Of a stretch of 64,000 nt of DNA, positions 1 through 11,206 are shown piece by piece. Both the position numbers and the translations under genes were made by a program. How positions within the stretch are numbered: the stretch's first letter is position 1; each line of letters begins with the position of its first letter. The notes under the pieces are model-generated. The model saw only the letters and a list, made by a program, of their open reading frames with translations. It was not told where the DNA came from and made no database searches. The stretch is from an uncultured delta proteobacterium (GTDB lineage: Bacteria; Myxococcota_A; UBA9160; SMWR01): assembly GCA_963832165.1 (NCBI GenBank), contig CAWHTE010000005.1, forward strand, positions 160,001-224,000. The letters run 5' to 3'.

Positions 1-423
1 GGGATCCTTCCGCCATTGCGCGTGGGCCTTCGCGCGCAGGAGCAGCGCCTCCTTGTTGTCGGGCTCCTGCTCGAGGACGCGCCCCGCGGCGTCGACCACC
101 TCGTTGTAGTCCGCGGTCGCGAGCGACGAGTAGGCGAGCTGGAGTCCCGCTCGCACGAGCCACGTCGAATCCTCCATCGCCTTGCGCAGCGGAAAGGTGG
201 CCAGGCTGTTGCGCCCGGTGATCGCGAGCGCGCGCCCGTAGAGGTAGTTGGTCTCTGGATGCTCGGGTCCTCCGCGAGCAGCTGGCGCAGCGGCTCGATC
301 GACGCCCTCGAAGTTGCCGCTTGCCTGTTGCTTCCGGATCGCTTCGAGCGGATCGACCTGTGTGCAGCTCGCGAGTGCGAGAGCTGCGAGGCATGCGGCG
401 AGAACGCCGCGACTGATGCGCAT
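1..423 (-). CDS. TPR-like lipoprotein, runs off window start, one apparent frameshift near 300
   Basis: Manual translation from ATG at 423: MRISRGVLAACLAALALASC (lipobox), then helical TPR-like DPEHPETNYLYGRAL and VLEQEPDNKEALLLRAKA. Confidence 0.6.
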   Translation of the reverse strand, partial: MRISRGVLAACLAALALASCTQVDPLEAIRKQQASGNFEGVDRAAAPAARGGPEHPETNYLYGRALAITGRNSLATFPLRKAMEDSTWLVRAGLQLAYSSLATADYNEVVDAAGRVLEQEPDNKEALLLRAKAHAQWRKDP

Positions 424-487
424 GGGGGGCCGAGTATACGCAGCGCGCGCGAAGGCAGCCCAGATCGGCTGCGCTAGCCTGCGCGCC

Positions 488-1895
488 GTGCAGGGCTCGC
501 TGCTCGACCGGCGTTGGCCGTGGCTGGTCGCCGCGGGTGTGATCATACTCGTATTCCTCTCGACGTTGATCGAGAAGCGGCCCGACGGCCTCGATCGCCG
601 TCCGATCGGCACCGCGGACGACATCGCGCGACTGCGCGAGCGCAGCGATCTGAACGTGCTGTTCGTGCTCGTCGACATGTTGCGCGCCGATCGCCTCGGC
701 AGCTACGGATACGCGCGCGACACGAGCCCGACGCTCGACCGCGCTCGCCGCGAGCGGCGTGCGCTTCAGCCGCCAGCTCTCGCAATCGTCGTGGACCAAG
801 GAATCGATGGCCTCGCTCTGGACGGGTCTGTTCCCGCCGCGCAGCGGAGTGACGCGTTTCGACCACGTGCTCCCCGAAGCCGCCGAGCTGCCCGCGGAGA
901 TGCTCGCGAAGGCGGGTTTCCAGACGATCGGGATCTACCGCAACGGCTGGGTCGCGCCGACGTTCGGCTTCGGACAGGGATACGACGTCTACCAGCGCCC
1001 GAGCCCGCGGCCCGTGCCCGCGACCGTGAAGCTCGCCAATCCCACGATCAAGGAGCGCGGCACCGACGAGGATGCCGTGGAGGCGGCGTTCGAGTTCCTG
1101 CGCGTGGCGGGCCGCAAGCGCTGGTATCTCTACCTGCACCTGATGGACGTCCACGAATACCTCTACGACGAGGAATCCGCGCTGTTCGGCACCGACCACC
1201 CGGACATCTACGACAACGCGATCCGACACACCGACAGCGTGATCGACGTGCTGCTCGAGGGCGTCGCCGACGCGGGCTACCTCGACAAGACCGTGGTCGT
1301 GATCGCGGCCGACCACGGCGAGGCATTCGGCGAGCGCGGCTTCGACGGGCACGCGCGCGAGGTCTACCGCGAGACCACCGAGGTCCCGTTCCTGATCGCA
1401 TTTCCGTTCCGGCTCGAGTCCGGGGTTACCGTCCACGCGACCACGCGCAACGTCGACGTTTGGCCGACCGTGCTCGACCTGCTCGGCCTCGCGATGCCAG
1501 AGGGCGTGGACGGCCGCTCGCTCGTGCCCGAGATCCTCGCGCTCGCGCGCGGGGATCAGAGCGCCGTCGCGGATCGCACGGGGTTCGCCCACATCGATCA
1601 GACGTGGGGCCAGCCCTCGCTCGCGCCCAAGCCCGCGGTCGCCGTGGTCGAGGAGGGCCACCGCTACGTGCGCGTCGAGCAGGGCAGCCGGGTGGTCGAG
1701 CAGCTGTTCGACTCGCGCGAGGATCCCGACGAGCTGCGCGATCGCGCGCGCGAGCAGCCCGAGCTCGTCGCACGGCTGCGCGAGCGGGCCGAGCAACAGC
1801 TCACCACTTCTGCGCCCTGGGGCGACACGCCCACGCGAGAGCTCGGCGAGCTCGAGCTCAACCACCTGCGCGCGCTCGGCTATGCGCTGCCTTGA
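488..1895 (+). CDS. Sulfatase-family protein with N-terminal TM, frameshift near 745
   Basis: NVLFVLVDMLRAD in one frame; SSWTKESMASLWTG, YLHLMDVH, ADHGEAFGE in ORF 759..1895. Confidence 0.85.
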
Positions 1896-1904
1896 GCCCG
1901 CGGC

Positions 1905-4585
1905 TCAGAACGTGACGGTGACGGTTCCGCCGAACGTGCGCGGATCGTTCACGTAGTAGATCGTCGTGCGCTGAAACGTGCTGCCGTCGAAGGCGAAGGT
2001 CTTGGTGGCCTTGTTCTCGATGTTGCGGACCCAGCCCGCGACCTCGAGCCGGCCGTCGGGGGTGCGATACGCGAGCCGCGCGCCGTGCAGCCAGTACGCG
2101 CGCTGCCCGATCGTGAGCTTGGGAAGGAAGGTGATGCCCTGATTGTTGGGGATGCCCCGCCCCTTCGTCGCGTCGTAGTAGGTGTCGTCGCTCCACGCGC
2201 CGTCGTAGCGCGGCGCCAGATATCCGTACCTGCCGAGCGGAATCAGCTGCTCGGCCGAGATGCTGACCTTGAAGCGCGGCGAGTTCAGCAGCGGGTTGCC
2301 CGAGTTCTGGAGCTCGCGATTGATCGTGATCTGCTGGCCCGAGCGCGCGATGACCTGCTGCTGCAGCAGCGTGAAGTCGAGGAACTGCGTCTCGAGCCAG
2401 CCGAAGCGCACGTTCACGAATGCGCCGACCCAGGGCCGAATCAGCGCATCGATCTCGGCGCCGTACACCTCGGCGTCGTTCGCATTGAGGATCACGAACT
2501 CGGGGCCGCTGCCCGCGAACTGCTGCGCCGTGAAGATCTGATAGTCCGCGTAGTTGTAGTAGAACAGCGAAGCGTCGCCCGAGAGGATTCCGCCGAAGAA
2601 CTCCGCTCGCAGACCGGTCTCGAACGCGTCGATCGTCTCGGGATCCGCGATCGAGATCTGCTGGATTCGCGAGCCCGTCGCGTTGTAGTGCCCGGGCTTC
2701 CAGCCGCGGTTGTACTTCCAGTAGACGTGCGTGTCCTCGTTGAACCGGTACGTGAGCTTCAGGATGCCCGTGGGCGCGCGCCAGGTGTCGCGCTCGTTGA
2801 GCGCGAGCGGCTGCCCCAGGTCTTCGAGCTGGTAGTCGATCTTCTTCTTCTCGAAGTTCCAGCGCACGCCCCCGTCGAGCGTGAAGTCGTCCCAGAAGTC
2901 GAACCCGAACTGCCCGTAGCCCCCGAGGCTCAGCACGTTCTGCTCGTAGGCGCGATTGCTCACCGCGGCGACCGTGAGTATTCCGAGGTCGTTGTTGACA
3001 CCGATCTTGAGCTTCTCACTGAGTCCGTAGCCGCCGACCTCCCAGCGCACCGGCGACTCGGGGATGATTTCGTGCTCGCCCGCGAACGAGATGTCCTGCG
3101 TGTACTGGTGGCCGTGGTCCTTGGTCCGGATGTGGAAGAGCGTCTCGGGCGACTGGTCGAGGTCGAGGCCGATCGCGCGGTTGTATGTGTCGTAGCCGGT
3201 CGTGCTCGTGAGGTCGATCTCGAACGGCAGCAGGATCTCGCTCTTCAGGTACATCCCGTAGACGTCGTTCGTGGTGTCGCCGACGAAGTCGAAGTCGCCC
3301 GACCAGGGCCGCTCGTCGAGGTTGCGCGCGAGCTCGTTCGCGACCTGGCGCCGCGCGTTGTCGAGCTGGACGAAGCTCGGGTTCGTCCCCACCGGCGGTC
3401 CGCACGTGATCGTGAGGTTGAACGCGTTGTTGTAACAGGGCGCGAGCTCGTTCATCCGGCGTATGACCTCGGGCGCGATGTAGCCCGTGGTGCCCTGATT
3501 CCCGCCGAGCAGGTTGTTGATCCGCGCCCCGTTCGGGAACGCCTGGACCGCGGCGCAGTTGTTGACATCCCCGTTCAGGCAGTAATTGCCCGTGACGCCG
3601 TACGACTGCCCGAGCCGGGAGAGCTCGTCCCGGCGCGCGCCGTGGAAGCCGAGCAGGAACGAGGTCTCGAGCGTGGGCTCGAAGCGCAGCGTGCCGCGCG
3701 CGGCCCAGTTGTTGCGGTTGTTCACCCAGTCCTCGAGGCCGGGAGGAACCTCCGAGACATTGGAGAGCCCGGAATCGGGATTCACGATCACCAAGACCTG
3801 CTCGCCGCACAGCGACCACGGGGGATCGCGGTCCGTCTGACGGTTGGCGGCGCGCACGCCGGCGTCGGGCATCACCGCGCGCTGGTCGTAGGGAGGCGCG
3901 CTGCCGCAGCGGTTGCGCATCGTGCCGTCGCGCTGCTGGAAGCGGAATCCGATCCGCGCGGACAGGATTTCCTCGAAGATCGGCGCCTCGATCGCGCCCT
4001 CGTAGTCTTCGTGGTTGAAGTTGCCGCCCTCGGCGCGCAGGTAGCCGTTGAACTGGCCGGTGGGCTTGCGCGTGTAGAGCTTGATCGCGCCCGCCGAGGA
4101 GTTGCGCGCGAGGCCGCTTCCCTGCGGCCCGCGCAGCACGTTGACCGACTCCATGTCGAAGAGCGTGCCGAGCTGGAGCGCCGGCGCGTTCAGCGCCACG
4201 TCGTCGGCGTAGACCGCGACGGCGCCGGTCGAGTTCGCGTTGAAGTCGTTCAGGCCGACGCCGCGGATGAAGAAGGTGGGGGTCGTCGCGCCCGCGGTCA
4301 CGATCTCGAGGTTAGGCGTGAACGCCGCCAGGTCGGCGATGTTGGCGGCGCCGAGCGCGACCAGGTCGGCCGCGCTGAACGCCGTCACCGAGTCGGCGAC
4401 CTTGAAGTCGGACGCGGCCTCCGACTCCGCGCCGCGCACGACGATCTCCTCGACCCCGGATCCGGGCGGCCCGGGTGCGTCCTGCGCGCGCGAGCGGGGG
4501 AAACGAACAGGAGCGCGAGCGAGACGAGGGCGCCAAGCCCGCCGAGGAGCGAGAGCCGGTTCCCCAGCGGTTTCCGGATTGTCAT
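1905..4585 (-). CDS. TonB-dependent outer-membrane receptor, frameshift after signal peptide
   Basis: Plug motifs FFIRGVG, VLRGPQG..GAI; C-terminal PRTFGGTVTVTF; signal peptide MTIRKPL..FVSPARA in adjacent frame. Confidence 0.9.
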
Positions 4586-4655
4586 GTAGGAGAGCAAACC
4601 TCCTGCGACTCCGTGCTTCCTTTTACGCAACTCCGTGTGGTAATCCTACGGCCAC

Positions 4656-5729
4656 ATGCGAGCTGGGGTCAATCAAGTAGTTGCCGGTTGGACGCTCTTG
4701 GCGATCGCCGGCGCGCCCGGCATCGCAGCGTCCGAAGAGCCCGACGCACCCTACGGCGAGAACCGCTTCGTGCCATCGTTCTCGATCATCAGTGGCGTGG
4801 TCGAGCAGGGGATCGATGGCTCGCAGAGTTCGATCCGGTTCGACGACGACGTCCCGCAACCGCTCGAACTGCGCCGTTCGCGGGTGGGTGACGACAACGT
4901 CGTGACCCCCTTCGTGGGCGGCTCGCTCGAGCTCATGACGCCCGCGCTGCCGATTCCGACCCGCCCGCGCTTCTTCGTGAGCGGCGAGATCCTGCCCCTG
5001 TTCGCGAGCGAGCATCAGCCCGCTCAGGAGGGGAAGCCCTCGCGAATTCGCGGCCCCGAGGTCAGCGCGGTGCTCGCGGTGGAAGAGGACGAGTTTCACC
5101 ACGTGACCAATCCGGCAGGTCCGCGAGGGCCCGCGTCAGATTCCGTTCGCAGAGGCCGAGGCCAACGGCCAGGGCATGGTCACGAGCGCGCAATGGGGCA
5201 GAGTGGCACTGGCCGCGAAGGCGGGTGTGGCGTTCGGCTTCGAGCTCTTCGGGCGCCAGCTCCGGATCAAGCCGTCGGCGGGCTGGATCCAGTATGAAGT
5301 CATATGAAGGGATACATGGTCGATCCGACCTGCTTTCCGACCACGCGCTGCACGAACCTCTACACCGAGAGAGACCCCCTCACCGGGGCCGGGACGTTGG
5401 TCGCGGAGCCCGGCCTTCTGCGCGAATCGATCATCGCGGGCAGTGACCATGGCGTATTCGACGGCGTCGGGCCCGGCGTGGATCTCGAGGTGGACACGGC
5501 TCGCATCGGTCCGCTCGGCGTTTCGCTGTTCCTCGGCATGCACGCCTACTATCTGCCCGGCGACCGCGACATCAGGGTGACCGTGAGCCAATCGCACAAC
5601 GACGCCGACCTGGACCCCGCCACGACGGGGATCGACACCGACGTCGCGACCTGGCGCGTGCGCGTCGAGCCCTGGATCTATCGGGCTGGCGTCGGCATCC
5701 GCTTCTCGTGGCTGGGGACCAGCGACTAA
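4656..5729 (+). CDS. Hypothetical secreted/outer-membrane beta-rich protein, frameshifted
   Basis: Signal peptide in 4656..5297; C-terminal YRAGVGIRFSW in 5304..5729. Confidence 0.55.
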
Positions 5730-5738
5730 CGTCCGCGA

Positions 5739-6334
5739 TCAGTTCGCGGTCGCCGGTACGGCAGGAGCCGCTGCCGCGCTCTGGGGCGGGTACACCGCGA
5801 GCACGCGCGCCACCGCCTCGTCGAGGTTCGCAGCGAGTCCGTCCAGGAAGCGCTCGTCGAGCTGTGCCTGCCAGAGGAGCCGCTCCTGACCGGAGCTCGT
5901 GATGAACACCGAGAGCCGGCAGCGGTCGTACGCGCGCATCTCGGTGACGTCGCCCTGGATCTCGTAGGACCCGGAATGATGGAAGCTGTGGCAGCGTCTG
6001 CGTGGCGCTCGACCGCCGGTGCGCCTGCATCGAGCGCCAGACCACGAGCAGCGCGGCGACGCGCACCTGCGCCTGGCCGGGTGCGCGTTCGAGCCCGCGC
6101 GCGTGCAGCTCGTTCTCGACCAGCGCGGTGAGCTTGTCCGCGAGCAGGTTCTCGTCGTGCGAAGGCGCGCGTCACGACCACGGCGCGGCCGTCGATCCAG
6201 TCCCAGGACCGCAGCGGCGCGAGGTCCTCGCGCGCGTCGTACTGGACCGAGATCGGCGGCGGCGTCTCGCAGCCGACGGCCAGGCACGCCAGCAGCGGTG
6301 CAGCGACTAGAGCGACGAATCCGAGACCCCGCAT
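5739..6334 (-). CDS. DUF4136-like lipoprotein, frameshifted
   Basis: Lipobox LAVGC, SVQYD..LRSWDW; C-terminal LLWQA..DEAVARVLAVYPP. Confidence 0.65.
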
Positions 6335-6366
6335 CGAGGCCTCCGGGCCAGGGGATTCCACCCCTC

Positions 6367-7207
6367 ATGTTAGACTCCGCGCGCGCCTCCCGCCCGAGGC
6401 AGCGTCAGGAGTCCGGACCCGCCTTGGGACGCGCGAGCGGAGCGAGACTTTGGATCGGCGCCGGCCTGGCCGCCGCGCTGTGGACCGCCTGCGCGAGCGA
6501 GCCGCCCCACGCGACCACCGTGCTCGCGAAGGTTCCCGAGCGGATCGTGATCCTGCCGCTCAACGTGCCCGTCGCGATGCCGGCCGAGCTCGAGCCCTCG
6601 AGCCCGGCCGTCTGGAGCGCGCTCGAGTCCTACCTGCGCGCGCAGGGCTCCTCACTCAAGACGGTGTCGTTCCCCTCCGCGCGCGGTCTCTGGCTCACGA
6701 GCATCCGCGACGCCCAGGCCGCGGCAGAAGGACTCGATGCGGGCGAAGAAGCCGGATTTCGATGATGCCGCGCGGATCTTCGTCGAGAAGTTGAAGGAAA
6801 GCGCCGAATTCGACGCGGTGATCGTGCCGTCGCTCTACATCCAGCGCGCGGCGCTGACAGGCACCAAGGCGAGCTGGGACGGAGTCGAGCGCACGATCGA
6901 AGTCGACGCGCCGGGGCGCGGGGTCATCCAGGTCCCCGACGACGCGCCGATCGAGGGCGCGGCGCCCGCGGCGTCACTGCACGCCGTGGTGCTCGATGCC
7001 GCGGGAAACAAGCTCCAGGAGACGCGCACGGGTCTCGTGCTGCTCGTCCGCGCGCGGCTCGCGACGACCGAGGTCGGCGAGCCGAGCTTCACGTTCGTCC
7101 CGATCCAGGACCCGTTCGCCGATCGCGAGCATCTCACGGAAGGAATCGCGAAGGCGCTGTCACCCTTCATCGTGCCGCGCAGCGAAGAGCCGAGCCGCAA
7201 GCGTTAG
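6367..7207 (+). CDS. Hypothetical lipoprotein, frameshift near 6730
   Basis: Lipobox-like LWTAC and RIVILPLN, continued by ORF 6737..7207. Confidence 0.5.
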
Positions 7208-7213
7208 AGCCCG

Positions 7214-10146
7214 TCATAGCTCGCCGCCTTCGTGCGCGGGCTCGGCCGCAGGCTCCGGCGGCGGCGCCTGGTGCGCGGTGCCGCGCAGCGTGTCTTGCTG
7301 CGGATTCAGCCAATTCCCGGTATCGGGCGGCCGATCGCCCAGCACGAGCCGTTCGGCCGCATGTAGCCCCGGCTTGCACAGCTCGACCCCGCGCGGGTTC
7401 TTCCCGCAGCGCTCCCACACCGCGAGCAGTGCGCCGGGATTGAACGGCGCCACGTGCGCAGTACTGCCGCATGAAGAGCTGCGTCACCTCGAGTGCGATC
7501 GCGGGCTGGATGCGGCTCTTCTCGGGCGGCACCGAGGCCTGCTGCAGGAACCCGAGCCGGCGCACGAACACGGGAGCGCCCTGCCCCTTCATGTTCGCGA
7601 GCACGCTTTCGCACCGCCTCGGAGTCCGGATCCGCGCGAAACCACTCCGCCACGAGCGCTCCACAGCTGGGCAGCTGAAGGGAGCACGCCCGCATCGCGA
7701 CCGCCTCGCGGGTCTGCGCCGCGAGGTCTCCGTTGTGCTCGTTCAGATATCGCCGCAGCATCGAGTGTTGGGCGCCCACTTCGGCGGCCGCTCCGTAACC
7801 CGTGAAGGGCAGCGCGCCGCGCGCGCCCACGAAGAAATCGCGCCCGGCCTCGAGCGAGAGGCGCGGGTGGTAGAGCGAATGCACCGGCCCCTCGAGCTGT
7901 GCGGCGTTCGCGACGTCGACCGGCAGCGCCTCGTGCACGAACAGGCTCCCGGGATCGGCAATGCCCAGACGCGCGAGGCCCGCGCGGAAGTCCGGCCGAT
8001 TCATGCGCTGCTCGACGCGCGCGAGGTCGAGCGCCGAATCCGCGTCGCGGAAGCCGATCAGCATCAGATCGAGCTGGTTCACCGACCAGACCGAGACGTG
8101 GTCGAACACGGATGCGTAGGTCTTGAGGAGCATCTCGACCACTGCCGGGCTCGTCTCGTACAGGTGGAACCACTGGCAGTACACGCCCTGCGGTGTGAGC
8201 CGATCGCGCGCCTCGGTCAGGAACTCCTTGGAGTAGAGCATCTCGACGCCGGCAACCCAGGGATTACTCGGCTCCGAGACGATCACGTCGTATTGCCGGC
8301 CGCTGCGCACGAGTGCGCGGTACGCATCGCTGTGGACGAACTTCACCTTCGGGTTCTGTGATGCGTTCAGGTTGGCGAAGTCGAACAGCGGCGCCGCCTC
8401 GATCACGCCCGAGGAGATCTCGGCCACGGTGACGCTCTGCGTCTCGTCGAGCGCGGCGAGCTGGCCTGCGGTGATTCCAGTGCCGAAGCCGATCACGAAC
8501 GCGTGCTCGACGTGATCGGCAAACAGCGCCGGCACGAGCGCGAGCAATACCACCGTGTCGAGATCGCCCTTCGTGTTGCCGTCGGATTTTCCGTTGATGA
8601 TGATGCTGCGCGATTCGAGCTTCCCGAGCTTCCCGCTGGGCCGACCGTCCATCACCCCGACCGAGGTGTTGGGGTCGTCGTCGTGGAACGAGAACGCTTC
8701 GCGCCGCGAGTTCAACACCGAGGGGCCCGACAAGGTCCAGCTGGTCGGCTGGCGCTCGCGGAACGTCCCGGCCAGCAGGTGGGAGGGGCGCCAGGCCGGC
8801 AACGCGTAGATCGCCCCGAACGACGCGAGCAGCAGCGCCGCCGCGCCCGCGAAGCGGATGCGCGGAATCTGATGCAGCGTGACGATCACGGCGGCGAGCG
8901 CGAGCGCGCAGACCGCGATCCGGTAGACGTGGTGCAGGTCGAGCCAGGAGAGCAGCGCATAGCCGCCCAGCAGCGCGCCGAGCAGCGAGCCCGCCGTGTT
9001 CACGCTGTACAGCCGGCCCGCCTGCGACCCGAGATCGCCAACCTCGCGGCGCAGCGTGTGGAAGAGCAGCGGCAGCGTCGCGCCCGAGAGCAGCACCGCG
9101 GGCCCCAGCACGAGCAGGATCGTGCCGAACACGGCCAGGTAGAACGGGTAGAACGCCGCGGAAAAGTCGCGGAACAGCACGCGCAGCACGTGGCCGAAGT
9201 AGGGAGCCGTCTCGATCGCGAAATAGAGGACCGCGAACAGCAGCGCGAGACCCCAGAGCGTGGTCGCGAGCGCGTATCGGCCGATCGTCTTGCGATCGGA
9301 GACGGCGAAGCTCCCGCGCGCGATGCAGAGCACGAACACCGCCACCACCATCGTGAACGTGTACTCCGACGATCCGAACGCGAGTCCGCCGACCCGGATC
9401 ACGGTGGTCTGCAGGACCATCATCGCGAAGCCCACGAGCAGCGCGACCGTGCCGTAGATCGCGAACAGCTCGGGGCGCAGCGGCGCCGCCGCGTCCGGCT
9501 CGAGCGCGGCGAGCTCGCGGCGGCGCAGGCCCAGCAGTGCGAGCACCACGCCTACCGCGACGTTGGTCGCGCCCATCGCGCGCAGCACCCCGTCGAGGCC
9601 GAGCCACTCGATCAGCCAGAAACCCGTCGCGAGCGCGCCTGCGAACGCACCCGCGGTGTTGCAGCCGTAGATCCGCGCGTGAACGCGCGTCGCGTCGTCG
9701 AGGTCGCGCGCGAGCGCCTGGGTCAGGATCGGGATCGTCCCGCCCATCAGCGTGGCGGGCGGCACGATCAGCACGGCCGCGAGCACGACGTCGACCGCAA
9801 AGGCGAACGCACCGGATCCGGTCGGCAGCGCGACCGACGCACCTCGCACGAGCGCGAACAGCCACGGAAACGCGATACACCAGACCCCGATTCCGGCCTC
9901 GACCGCGCCGTACACCACCAGGAGCGGCGCAGGCCGCCCTCGATCGCGCTGCATGAGCCGGCGCGTCACCGCGCCGAACAGCCAGTACCCGAGCGAGAGC
10001 CCACCCAGAAACAGCCCGAGCACGGCCGCGGTGGCCTCGCTGTGTGCGCCGAGCAGGATCGCGAGGTACTTCTGCCAGGTGACCTCGTAGGCGAGACCCG
10101 TGAAGCCCGAGACGACGGTCAACGCGAGGACGGCGGATCGCAACAT
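7214..10146 (-). CDS. Fused membrane (MFS-like)/spermidine synthase-like methyltransferase, C-terminal frameshift
   Basis: SGFTGLAYEVTW, LMGGTIP, IGFGTGIT, YDVIVSEPSNPWVAG. Confidence 0.9.
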
Positions 10147-10207
10147 CGCGCAGCAGTATCACGCAGCCCTCGCGCAAAAACCCGGACGCGCGCGCGGGTC
10201 GCGAGCG

Positions 10208-11093
10208 CTAGCGCGGGTCGCCGGCTCCGAGCGCAGCGAGCAGCTGACAATAGAGGTTGCGCGGATCCGGCACGGCGCGGTAGGTGCCGCCGGTCGCCCC
10301 CGCGATCTGCGCGAGCGCGTGTCCGCCAGAACCGGCCTGGGCCGCATCGCCGATTCCGAACGAGTGGAACGAGATGCCCTTGGCGATCGCACGCTCGGCC
10401 TCGACCTCCATGCGCCAGTCGTCGCGCGCGATGCGTTCCATGGGTGCGAAGCGCACCGGCGTCGGGGTGTCGGCCAGGAACAGCACGCGCCGGCGCCGCG
10501 CGCCGGCCGGGTCGTCGCCCGTGAGGCTGCGCACGGCAAGGCGCATGGCGGGCGCGAAGCTCGACGCGCCGTCGCTGCCGCGGCTTCCGACCCGCGCGAC
10601 CGCCGCCTCGAGTGCGCCGAGATCGTCCGTGAGCGCGCTCTCGAGTCGCGCGTCGCGCCGGTCGACGCGCTGGGTGACGGAGTCCTCGAGCGGGTAGTCC
10701 TTGCGGCCCGAGTACGAGACGATCGCGAAGCGCATGCCGCCGAGCCGCGCGACGTCGATCAGCCGCTGTACCGCGGCGAGCTCGGCCGCGAGCATCGAAT
10801 CGCCGCGGTCGGTGTACTCGCTGCGCTGGAACTCGCCGATCGTTCCGTCGCCATCGATGTCGAGCCCCGTCGGATTGAGCGTCGAACGCGAGCGATCGAT
10901 CGCAATCACCACGTCCGCGGCGAGGATCTCGATCGGACCCGGCCCTTCCGCGCAGCGCTCCGGGGCCGGGGCGTACGGATCGGCCGCGTAGCTCGCCGAG
11001 GTCGAGGCGCCTGCGCCCCGGGTCAGCGCGAGTCCGAGCCCCGCTACGAGAACTCCGATCGCCACTCTGCGATCGCCGACACCGTGCCGCATC
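10208..11093 (-). CDS. Secreted VWA-domain protein
   Basis: MIDAS DVVIAIDRSRS, VLFLAD, LAQIAGATGGTY. Confidence 0.75.
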
Positions 11094-11206
11094 ACGGGTG
11101 CCTCCAGCGCGCGCCCCGAGCTTACCGCTGCCGTCAAGGACCGCCCGGGGCCGCGGGGTCGGGCCGCGCGACCTCGGCGGTGAGGTTAAGCTCGGGCCCG
11201 CCGACC

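Noticed and set aside
10100..11206. Long N-terminal extension of the 1358-aa ORF
   Set aside because: Antisense to the VWA gene; family similarity begins at ATG 11207.
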